Below, piece after piece: positions 23,801 to 29,273 of a stretch of DNA of 64,000 bases. Location of the stretch: the IMG/VR virus record IMGVR_UViG_3300008259_000147, positions 1-64,000 of that record. One strand, 5' to 3'. The notes beneath the pieces are model-generated. The model was not told the origin of the DNA. It ran no database searches and worked only from the letters and a program-made list of their open reading frames with translations. The DNA comes from a virus. The position numbers and the translations under genes were made by a program. Numbering within the stretch: the stretch's first letter is position 1; every line of letters begins with the position of its first letter.

Positions 23801-24592
23801 TTCTGCTATTATTTTATCAATGCTAGATTTCCAAGATTGTAAAATTTCAGGATTATCTCCTCTTTCAGTAGTTCTTTTTATAAAAGTTTCTTTACTTGTA
23901 GTAATTATTTTATCAAAATCATTTAAATTTTCTTTTAAAAATAACATATCGGAAACTACAAGCATTTTCCCACTTCTTTTAGATTCAGCAACAGCCTCTT
24001 TCCAAACTTCTCTCATAACAGCTTCAAATTCTGCTTTGTTTGAATCATTTCTCCATTCATTTAATCCTTTACTGTTTTGTTTATTTGCAGGTAAACCTAA
24101 TTTTTTTGCAACTTTGGGTTTAAAATCAGTATCAAAATCTAATACTCCAGTAGGATTTTGTTCTTTAAAAGTAGTTTTTCCTAATCCTGGATGTCCCCAA
24201 ATAATTTTATCAGTAGCTGACAGTTTAATTTCCCCACTTAAATCAGCTTCATCTGCTGCTACAGGTTCTGTAAGGATTGATTCAATACCTTTTAATAACT
24301 CTTTAAAGTCTGTAGATGTTTCATTTAATTTATCCTTTACTAAATCTGAGATTTTAATAGGCAATCCTTCTGTAACAATACCATTAGTTTCAGTGGCTGA
24401 TTCTACATTTAAAGCATTGTTATATACTATACCCATAAACCAAATAGCATGGACCTTTGCCTCATCTTCAATAGGCATTGCCATAATACTTTTAATAGAT
24501 TCCCTATAGTATCTATATTTTCCTCTATCATAGTTGATTGACTTTATGAATAATGTTTTAAGATTTTCGTAAGGAATTCTACAAATTTTCAT
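8864..24592 (-). CDS. Virion RNA polymerase polyprotein (5242 aa), crAss-like two-barrel RNAP with accessory domains
   Basis: 'ARIPTADK...NSIIVP...AGSDLDIDALY' with DxDxD at 16016-16030 and 'ADGQG' at ~17405-17420, matching the phi14:2 gp66-type vRNAP pattern. Also a P-loop (GHPGLGKT) and HEAFH and EEAAH zincin-like motifs. Confidence 0.88.
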   Translation of the reverse strand: MKICRIPYENLKTLFIKSINYDRGKYRYYRESIKSIMAMPIEDEAKVHAIWFMGIVYNNALNVESATETNGIVTEGLPIKISDLVKDKLNETSTDFKELLKGIESILTEPVAADEADLSGEIKLSATDKIIWGHPGLGKTTFKEQNPTGVLDFDTDFKPKVAKKLGLPANKQNSKGLNEWRNDSNKAEFEAVMREVWKEAVAESKRSGKMLVVSDMLFLKENLNDFDKIITTSKETFIKRTTERGDNPEILQSWKSSIDKIIAEIDQSKVIFTNKYFSELAAEGKPEVKGEKLTTAGEISKVNNELKEAALTDLSAAGPKRERLEDLREQERDDRLWQERGFLGTGTTAKKEETKKPLTTAQKLNNIFTKLTKASDATLNDLFAEFEDVINKDALYDNSAKINAYNKFLEAISKVKNTSATSLRALIDQKKAELSEIEESASKLINVRAIPSLGEMQYVRKKDGQIKLLVFKNDQYFVYSPEYTGENESELTLYTVEPTDYITPVYGQDNLEITNSSGSQYRLNANLAKNGVGFEDVRIYEQGIQSETPSDNRTGNQKISDSLSLGVGLANQIKIIADRRRILANRARVALLNEQGYPIDFETGLTPTQFSYLASNPNAAPVVTNLMPRAGLDIIISSKDDQNWDYLMSLDTLGFVYPDGTIRFIDWTNNEDLKIFKEATRIKKYEEYVQKGPDENPAQAYTYEMPTDAEIENIKNIVAKIKEMKSEILEMMDEDTVLQIPHQMFSKYFDISNVFSSTDFVKEQNGLYKPVQTLDKFKENLVATNSLVPVRIAQMSAGKAIPSSIREENIIGIVKKDALLGFIFEPSIEQGYTIIDENNEELSYEKVFEKENLSKSKIADLLKNTVNSKYNDFYLLRTKNNEWILKPMYRAAPVTEVSEVVNFLSTLGALQTFRPEFSEETADALNQLIRTFNNRGWGFNAYKGISANIDFLRIWNDEPVFGVRFRASGDYAYAENLNKANLSIEFSFDYYDIQKQLNILYRELNINPKEYSSSVENMLRFGNILQAKIEDNKHLLTPTAKKVLAEIENEFKNTISNLNTSLNNLIEKESKKADKNPENKTLVNPKDIKYLLFRNLNTLEFKLASRQKSTNPLLNYKVFEHNLENSLRELIITPAKPSLGTAATVKTTTVATPVKTEEKKPASIRKIGIRPDRSDRANSLVTSLNGLSFVASKEIQKQIDDVKRMLGSSVKIDPTIIADKVESAFVLGYIEDNVITLNKLLPISGVIYHEAFHAVFRLALTTEERLRYLEAAKTILGSYKTDSIGKYLQVGSEKVYLDEFRKKRNFAGVEDNIIVDYIYEEYLADGFRDYKLNKSEPKNALIKMLYSLLDGFINLFKSRGYRDAKNSINDLYGKIDKGEYADVIGDKYAAPRAYALSSIPTSLIKVGDNVQMDYKQVDNYTTDQLVDRITREMLKRSGDIVKGNQESFNQVYDEITRDLINYFNINNFITDDNPNSAEIIATYEPMFRNMRFMMGAAHRTDVNEDFILDNLTDDLDLNGYSFLDIDGSNAFSYKTYEEVKQLVQKSFGSVGVIKDKTSEEDQTERDESDENEDDSYFDRSDEDEMGENFEDGGILTYKPYEGSIEFQKLIKYIKYTFVDERLGVAFDKMVNSRDVINQIRKITYNTPKENIIEAIYTHIQYLKSNIDNFNESGLASELGYIREDMIQTIDDYNTLKAVYETLDEQASLHNFLPTRSLGMPFYNMFVNVFYRANKNISAISINTNYEEVSTDERENFDRSPVKNSFRVNSLIQRYNTKVVLDKLRTNLEIGLESFKLESNLPVYAKLKSLVQNYNYVIPTNQETFDYTVNRLYTITSYANLNIPRNVIEFAVAASVKENYKEKATFVDPILAQNKKFLNAGNYFNIQDFIDKYNTILNSLNKTDAIKTSAVNSFMSEYESIVPFAIKYDPSLVSNTILNQDNKPINQSIPYVPSVQILNEVRWKGLAATLLKYYGDTKFFEDNPTLAAIINNTTFNPNDKSQFAIDQDTARIFFENFDISVAGGMFQEFGKGNRRQSTYKALGDKGYALSVLGLFANRFSVTGNYGQEIIMFEKPITQLEATSTQFNMTSLYDDYTNKKTRARKVKSKLKQIIKQEYNRIANEWSTRDAVKIRYENYNCRTTKDRNVTSSDLTLRAYNFNRLKGFFERDYEVSYAGEENDSLSNIHSILKNAAIAGTAFEDILSQTYYDANNNPYDYTVDEVLSELLFDYAEDQIAELAQYFKSIDIQLDDIPSGFRVNGEFTSLAKYDKVVERKESGEIEEKFYYSQDKTAPLKDLFIEDFGYNFWFNSLEMNQLFDGDLAVGVDNVINFFKRQKSGVIAGNNYRNINILEANDNSVFAVFKGLSAFLDSNNPGIPLTTDEEMGGDREMKIADGQGWSGIDRRIKKFRKDGILSPELEAMLKKLRYTTLSTDEIIQLNDNGIFLGSDKPAVGHPYFYYKDSEHYINRSDNSFVSDPDRVAELYEELDALEMDNPTYTDDALARHREIIKEIHSYFKPKLGRAFNHHLLNALEYFRVDVAFDDTVSKKGTVQPLIINMNLLENNILEGHGEMTFNDSVKPVINKDGYINLEYNAHAIPNDLVYEQVSTAGISKKTTDSIQKKLILPAQLDHKKFPGAKKILDLQLEIVKSRLQLLERVFKTDDPKTLVTKAIQAGLMKQGAGENLLKFYSLDTNNKNKFNLNLSILGKQPMFYFFSLFNNSIFGPKVAGKKFYHVSVAGYQLIVDENDKPVPRKELDANPERYAGYKRRYPTVKETYDENGKLIDYVVEVIIPRELASTKEEVEFFEKLYTDFLAARIPTADKRSMVRAKVVDYIDATYGNSIIVPSQVHFWAGSDLDIDALYAETYDYYRNTLGKLVKYGDYSGYTKLGLSKKNAEFLEYLHYMATDPVFADLVDSEQDRINSDQEFKTRSLANAVGLFGDEVREFFSGTEDYVLNLLSPDVFKELSKGKSVTLSIQTTNDKNKKKGTGLESLGQLMGANVVSSNKSLGNILKLMDRLIAVVNVINNYNLPSTPDALEAFTKKEGNPVHSRLHNEILLEKMELLGNPDVYETYIKNADGEKAINEYKADRKIVDSISDFKGIDKSDPYQFQTVGRIRSVNNGTLDSVSANANQVKSAALIGSSNVKLSKAFTFKFVHNGKAIETNKPIDESVQKMGGATDVSLDDAKHQSLAPLKISKINAGVVGALYIYGYPSQFARLINSVDLIASAIKEYSLNDDPSYSRSISFRMGFSVFLNNKTLSLVNANKTAFEKFGVLKPSKNKINKFEIDHSNITIEFNDVESGVEGNTLDNFNITIKNNKGEIIAGELGSIVLMSFYNEFLKVGNAISFKIGKLAHVIKKLRPSFRTLSGIKDAVDFIENNEIFENAPDIFKQHPYLEKLAKDGITEMSTRSKEVLLDETNLFKAFTSLFRYDKSVNIEDVVLELKSILGLSSLNAYVQSRIDNIDENNMSQEDVFVKAIHDATSISYWQNNKIEKDLNILKRKFPKNEFLKSLTIKPALVSGKGKTKVITSLLGGKLSSENQNRVINDFYQLLTDSDESVYKMAVNVAVHGIVKDGGISRNEGFLKIIAPDLFIHMSKRLDIIQDKLYKLDTQKGMTSAKYIKGLNDVFKEIYSLPSISKDTAATYTNSILRKLVSTLTKQSIGNGALRLSFYPGSDKYLPGKYSDISLTLLKSIVDTILPKNKDFIYTVRTNPKGIRKILPVNAGINTKRGLKGSNTRFELWKADSNNELMFDLSGITDTNRDVVNRLLLPQGIYQTRDGNYSFPLYQINNFNGDQVFLLTELDGKPFTTEFFANLFDSYKSTDEFQFLLRGTTAKYVVVDRQGADRISPNAFRNDVATEIKKLVDSTSNVNAPSSNIVQSLPSDVKVVQGTTNLRVDSKTLLTQISGARYVSGNQILNISSVGVRYSARNGKAFMEGKSMNEQQLNEFANKLGFSSYEEATKDTTFNTWLNSKSISEYWLIPYAPETISGEVRKEDPGSSEEKLFGLDSENDNTIEFHINTLNTVSQFLETVGVQQRLVPEFLRQDGSVVQGALAAANFVKGTVDIIDDINKRPAAWNKMPEEAAHWWYRLLKTNSPLKDLLWKSAKTGERLEVLLKNQYGEEYESVMSDNASIIDALTEESIGQLIGEAIKKIEEKNGAPEDYSFLKAFVEWINKVLKTFTGYFASTQDPFEVAAMKILTSDMSDLMTMKEYAKIHDYIYFADKITEASFEDIKFDDLKQYGTLANKITDIDEVVFSFNVRNSKKLLESALRRFDDEQLYNIFPNVSMYSQAGGDYFERNRGRLTRKAIEGLIEKAMAESWREHYIETTAFDFGGELLNWLLTTFPEMVDNHSRKLEEVKDDRKFIDKLINDRYKKRTRYLSKTIDSFLTIDEIKLDEDLIESFDYKKSAVPALTKKLTDSQLKNLISNNGYEKITPTLKVLPLILEKYGRKDSPETIDQKVELVKKNLKKEISNEQYDAELTRLENKIKGIPISLTETLKVDGLKKEESAMIEAIKNAIAKENPNKRSITAEELVNEIHNFLEFNYALGFANEQNYLDYRIDQTFSINPRNKNSYDPADDIQEELEEIGYDVNNMTEDQIMALPPQERMRVARILGVNGGTGSVKHNKISLRFNDTFHTSYGQGSHFHLSPSAWANLTYFYTGNSKFKDAVLLHEIQNDNIEELLKLQKNTKKGLQDAINDYLKDLAKNTDDRIKRIESGKLKEVSVNPFVEDIRKKALLGNATTLNTILYDLYSQDRLPSKRKHEIFLEKIDEQINLLPRIEDILYDMIQIRKKLDNYYTRKLILNDIKNKGGFFALLNESEEGRQLLIDLTFQLEQINKRPYNADQLLDMGIDDVVIPKDEADSIILNSRLNDLIKELVGSKYGVDLATDARSIAGFVRAGIKPRTEGTKVQTNMKVLLANALNRSLENQAKSAFLEKKSLISSQKVLTKFNSLTPFQNISQEQLVKIFENMQYNQRLLETNVALREVELQSKTPTLSENEKGFAKEELLKKYEAIKEETEKLRNQSFPEDEVIADTIELELKYFAPLVHYTIQKHIKNHGKAMPMYFSGYNITNLTQGSKSTALIYAGKDEVAFTKEEADYIKYEAALELDLIPRYIVKIGEDKVPQSEIEKGIKALAAFRKTDKHAANRVINQIFNISNDRPIETGAIYNAMTRIPGIKLVWQPIIPGIRGGEGGYLVDLSNYNYSTPLLYALEAANKQTQSEQLSEDNDPFC

Positions 24593-24603
24593 AATTGTGT
24601 AAT

Positions 24604-27600
24604 TTATCTTTTACAGATGAAGTCTTTAAATAAAGAATCATCATCATATGGATTTTGTTTAGTTTTTTGTTTCTTAGATGCTTTTAAATCTTTTGGATTT
24701 AACTGAGCCATATCAATAGCTTTGTCTATATCAGGTGCTGTAAATAGATTAGCAGCAGGAAGTAGCTCTTCCATTTTAACAGCCACTTCTTTTCTATGCT
24801 TTTCTATTTGATCTTTTGCATTATCAACAGCTTCTACTATTCCTGTCTTTTTTGTTTTTGAAACACCTCTAGTACCTCTAGTACCTTGTTTTGGTCCTTT
24901 GGTTGTAGATTTTCCAGAGCCATCAGCAGTTTTATCTTTTGCTTTGCTAGACTTTGTTGCTTTTCGTTTTGGTTTGGTAATGATTTGTTCTCCATATTTT
25001 CTATTAATAGGATTTATAATGTGCTTACTAATATAGTCAATTGCATTAACAACATATACACTTTGTTCTATTTTTTGAAGTTTTTCATAAGTGTCTTGAG
25101 CCCATGCTGATAACTTCTTAATTTCTTCTTCTGATAATTGATTTCTTGTTTTATTGTTAAAGTACTTGTCATAGATATCTGCAACATCATCAGGCATTGC
25201 ATCAATCATATCATTAACTATATTCTTAGTAATCTGACCTTTAGATCTAAGTTTAACTCTAACTGTCTCTGCAGGAGTAATGCTTTCTAAAACTTTATTT
25301 GCTTCATCTAGTGTTTCTTGTGTAACATTTACACCATTTTGAATTCTAGAAATTCTTGCAGTATTTACTAAAAAAGCAACTTTACTATCAGGATTTCTTT
25401 TAGCTTCTTCAATTGTCAAAAATACAGTATTTCCATCTTGATCTGTATATGTTATGCCTAAGAAACTACCTTTCTCATCTTCTTGTATTGTGTATTCTCT
25501 ACCATCAATTCGAAGAGTACTTTCTGAAATATACTCAACTGTATGTCTATTAATGGTTTGGCTATTAGGATTAACTCCTGTAATAGTTTGTTCTTCTTCA
25601 GCTAATCCATCTTCAATAAGTTCAAGACCAACAATATCATCTAATATCAAATCATTAGACTTATCAACCATTTCAAGTCGCCCTGTTTGTTCATTTGTTT
25701 CCCATATAAATGATGTAGACCCATAAGAATTATCCTCACCTATTTCAATGATGTCTTCTGTACTATCTAACTGAATGTAAAAACCTTTTTCATTACGCTG
25801 TAATGTTCCTTTTCTACCTTGGTATATTACTTGCTTACCTACTAGATTCTTAAGTTTCTTTACTTCATTTGCAATTACTTGATGTTCTTCAGTTGATTCA
25901 GGAGTTTCTGTTGTACCAGCTTCTTTATCATATAGAGCTTGTTCATAGTTCTCTATAAAGAAAAACAAATCATCGGTACTCATATCAAATAGTTTGAAAC
26001 CTTCTTTGTCTTTAAAAAAGTTTTCAATTTGTTCATCAGGAATTAAATGACTAATTTGCTTATTACCATCTGCATCTTTATAAACTCTTTGAAGCTCTCC
26101 TAAAAAATTACCATCATCATCTTGCTTTGCTTCGTAATGATCTGATAAGAATTCAACAGCTTCTTCTTCAGTCATTAATCTAATATTAACAGGAGCTGAT
26201 GCAAGCATATTAAATGCTTCTTTTTGTAAATTTAAAAAGGCTGCTTCTGCTTCTTTCTTTTTTACTTCAGATTGTTCTACTTGTTCATCATTGAAATCAT
26301 TGATCATTTTATTAATTCTTTCTAAATGATCATATAACTTTTTACTAGTTTCAATAGATGTAAAAGGTGAACGAGCTATCTTTAATAACTCATCCATGTC
26401 ATTAGGATTATTGTTTACATATCTTTCAAAGATCCCACTCATCTTTGCAAGCTCAGTGTACTTATCATGCATCAATCTTGCAAATGCACCAACCCTGGCA
26501 TCTTCAAAAGAATGCATTAGTTTCAATGAGTTCTTAGGATCTGCTAGAAGATTTACAGAATACATATATTCTTTATAGTCTCTGTTCAATCTTTGATAAT
26601 CATTGATGTCTTGAAGAATATTAGTTATCTCTGTTTTAGAAACTACAGTTTTTATATTATTTTGTTTGTTCTTAATTGTATAATATTCAGCAAGAATACC
26701 TGATAAGTTATCTTGTTCTTCTGCTGTTAAAGTTGTAAAATCTAAAGGAAGAGAAACCTCTTGAGTTTCCTCTTGATTATTTTCTTCATTTATTGAAGTT
26801 TGCTCTTCTATTTTATAAGCTGCTGCATTCCATTTCTTTAGTACTTCTAATTCTTTTTTCTTTAACTCAATTAGATTAAGAGTCTCCTTTGTTTTAACTC
26901 CTTCTATTTCTTCTAATGTTTTTATTTCATTATTTAATATGCTAACTTGTACTTCCCCTAATTGATAATCCGTAATAGTATTGAAAGTACTTGTTGCAGC
27001 ATTACCTATTGATTTATTTTTTTCAGAAATATTTCTAGCAATTTCACCAGCTCTTGTCAGACTATTTTCTGCTTTAGCTTCATTAAATGCTATATTATGA
27101 ATAGCATCTTGTAAAGCAGCTACAGAAAAACTATATCTTTGTTTTGCATGAGGATCAGTTCCAACATTTTCTATTGTAAAATACTGACCAAATTGATTAT
27201 TATATTTGTCATATAATTCTGAATATCTTTCTAATTTTCCAGTTAGATCTGACATAAATTCTGCAGGAGAACTTTTTCCAAATTCTTCTACATCAATACC
27301 AGTAGCTTCTTTAAATTCTTTAGGATCATATTCAGTTCCATATGCATTTAAAAAAGTTTTGAATGCATCAAAGGTTCCTGTTCTCTTTGCATAAAGAGCT
27401 TGAGTTATAATTGCAGAAGAGCTGTTGTTAAAGTATTCATATTTTAAACCACTCTTTGCAGCATCTGTCATTGCAGAATTAAAAGATAATTGAGACTTAA
27501 TATTTCTAATAGGCTCTTCTAATACTGAAGAAGGTTTTGAACCTAACACATTCAAGCTTTCTAACATCTTATTTAGTTGCTCTCTGTGCTCTTTAGATTC

Positions 27601-29271
27601 ATTAAGTCTTGTTGACACTCTTTCCATAGTTCCTGTGATAGGACTAATGAATAACCCTGTCATTGCACCTTGTAAAAAAGTAGCCCACCCTTTTTCAGAA
27701 ACTTGATCATCAACTGCTGCTTTAAAATCATCACTCCAAGTAGATACTTTACCATCATAAATATCTTTATAATGCTTTCTTAAAGAGAAATTAATCCCAT
27801 CTTGAATATTCTCTTGTAAACCTTCTAGTAATTGAATTTTACCCAAGCCTCTAGCAAAGTCTTTACCTACTTGTTTTGCAACAGCTTTTGATCCAAACAA
27901 TTTATAGATATCTCCTGCATCTGAAAATGCTCCTAAAAATTTTCTCTTGTATGTTTTGAATATAGCTTTCTCACCAACTCCTGCAGTAATCCCATAAAAC
28001 TTACCAGCATCATTAGCAATAAGATTTAAGAATTTAGAATCAGCTCCAAACTTTCTAAAGAAATTACCAAATGCTATCTTATTCATTATTGCTAATACAA
28101 CAGCATTTCTACCAAAATCTTTTGTAGCTCCTTCTAAAGCATTCTGTCTAAATAATTGTTTAGTAGCTTCATCAGGATCATTGTTATCATTTTTTTCTTT
28201 ATATGAGCTAATAGCATCTTCGTATATATCTGCATATGTACCACCACCTTCTGTAGCTGCTTCTGACACTGCAAAATTATATTCTTGATAACCTCTTGCT
28301 AAACCACCTACACCAATTCTAGCAATTTCTGCTTCTGTAAATGCAGCTACTCCCATAGTAGCTCTTGCCGCATTTGCTTTTTGAATTAAAGAACCTGCTT
28401 CTATAACACTTCCTACAATTGGAATATGCTTTCCAGCATTTGCAAATTTTTCAAATAATGTCTTCTGACCTAGTCTGCCAGTATTTTCTGTAATCATTCT
28501 TTCAGCAGACTCTTTTAATGCTTTTTCTTTAGCTGCTGTACTTATGACATTTGTAGTTTCTCCTATTTCTGCTGCGACAGTTGCAGATCTAGCTGCAGCA
28601 CTTCCTTGAAATAGTTTAGATAAGTTTCCAAATTTTTTAAATAAAAAAACATCTTGTGCAAATCCTGCCATTGTACCTAAAGTAAAACCAGCATTTTGAA
28701 AAGCAGATGACAAAAATTGTCTTGTAAAAATATCATGTTGACCTACTCCTTCAGGATAGTATATAGGATTATCTAAAGCTGTTTTTTCTTGTTCTTTTCC
28801 AATTGCAGCAAACTCAGCTTCTGTCTTACCCAAGTAACTTGTATCAAAGTGATACATTGCTCTTAGTAATCTAGGAAATCCTGTATTGTATTCTCCATAT
28901 GCTGCTATGCCATTATCAAGCATACCAGATATACCCGTTTTTAAAGCATCTAACTTTGACCAATTATCTGCTGCAACTTTTTCATTATCAGCTAGAGGAT
29001 TCATGAAAGGAGCATATTCAGCACTAGGCCTATATCTCTTTAAATCATCAGGATTATAATATTGAGTAGTTGGTGCAGATGGGCCTGGAATAAATACTTT
29101 ACCACTGTGCAGAGTCTTTCTAAAAATATCATTGTCATCAAGTGGATTAGGATTTGATACTCCTAGTTGTCCACTTGCAATTGTATTTGTTATTTGACTA
29201 CTTGAAGACATTAAAGGGTCTGATGATTCAAAACCAAAATCCCCAGGTTTAACACCTAATATTTTTTCCAT
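24604..29271 (-). CDS. Giant putative ejection protein 1 (1555 aa), membrane-active N-terminal half
   Basis: Ala/Gly-rich hydrophobic helices (AGFTLGTMAGFA; WATFLQGAMTGLFISPI), 'EGLQENIQ' motif, coiled-coil middle; immediately upstream of the vRNAP. Confidence 0.65.
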   Translation of the reverse strand: MEKILGVKPGDFGFESSDPLMSSSSQITNTIASGQLGVSNPNPLDDNDIFRKTLHSGKVFIPGPSAPTTQYYNPDDLKRYRPSAEYAPFMNPLADNEKVAADNWSKLDALKTGISGMLDNGIAAYGEYNTGFPRLLRAMYHFDTSYLGKTEAEFAAIGKEQEKTALDNPIYYPEGVGQHDIFTRQFLSSAFQNAGFTLGTMAGFAQDVFLFKKFGNLSKLFQGSAAARSATVAAEIGETTNVISTAAKEKALKESAERMITENTGRLGQKTLFEKFANAGKHIPIVGSVIEAGSLIQKANAARATMGVAAFTEAEIARIGVGGLARGYQEYNFAVSEAATEGGGTYADIYEDAISSYKEKNDNNDPDEATKQLFRQNALEGATKDFGRNAVVLAIMNKIAFGNFFRKFGADSKFLNLIANDAGKFYGITAGVGEKAIFKTYKRKFLGAFSDAGDIYKLFGSKAVAKQVGKDFARGLGKIQLLEGLQENIQDGINFSLRKHYKDIYDGKVSTWSDDFKAAVDDQVSEKGWATFLQGAMTGLFISPITGTMERVSTRLNESKEHREQLNKMLESLNVLGSKPSSVLEEPIRNIKSQLSFNSAMTDAAKSGLKYEYFNNSSSAIITQALYAKRTGTFDAFKTFLNAYGTEYDPKEFKEATGIDVEEFGKSSPAEFMSDLTGKLERYSELYDKYNNQFGQYFTIENVGTDPHAKQRYSFSVAALQDAIHNIAFNEAKAENSLTRAGEIARNISEKNKSIGNAATSTFNTITDYQLGEVQVSILNNEIKTLEEIEGVKTKETLNLIELKKKELEVLKKWNAAAYKIEEQTSINEENNQEETQEVSLPLDFTTLTAEEQDNLSGILAEYYTIKNKQNNIKTVVSKTEITNILQDINDYQRLNRDYKEYMYSVNLLADPKNSLKLMHSFEDARVGAFARLMHDKYTELAKMSGIFERYVNNNPNDMDELLKIARSPFTSIETSKKLYDHLERINKMINDFNDEQVEQSEVKKKEAEAAFLNLQKEAFNMLASAPVNIRLMTEEEAVEFLSDHYEAKQDDDGNFLGELQRVYKDADGNKQISHLIPDEQIENFFKDKEGFKLFDMSTDDLFFFIENYEQALYDKEAGTTETPESTEEHQVIANEVKKLKNLVGKQVIYQGRKGTLQRNEKGFYIQLDSTEDIIEIGEDNSYGSTSFIWETNEQTGRLEMVDKSNDLILDDIVGLELIEDGLAEEEQTITGVNPNSQTINRHTVEYISESTLRIDGREYTIQEDEKGSFLGITYTDQDGNTVFLTIEEAKRNPDSKVAFLVNTARISRIQNGVNVTQETLDEANKVLESITPAETVRVKLRSKGQITKNIVNDMIDAMPDDVADIYDKYFNNKTRNQLSEEEIKKLSAWAQDTYEKLQKIEQSVYVVNAIDYISKHIINPINRKYGEQIITKPKRKATKSSKAKDKTADGSGKSTTKGPKQGTRGTRGVSKTKKTGIVEAVDNAKDQIEKHRKEVAVKMEELLPAANLFTAPDIDKAIDMAQLNPKDLKASKKQKTKQNPYDDDSLFKDFICKR

Positions 29272-29273
29272 TA

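Noticed and set aside
23820-24509. 229-aa plus-strand ORF
   Set aside because: Entirely antisense to the vRNAP gene; Ser/Leu/Phe-rich shadow translation with no motif.
8864-24592. Intein or intron explaining the vRNAP size
   Set aside because: No C/S...HN splice junctions, LAGLIDADG motifs or frame breaks noticed; Cys is nearly absent.
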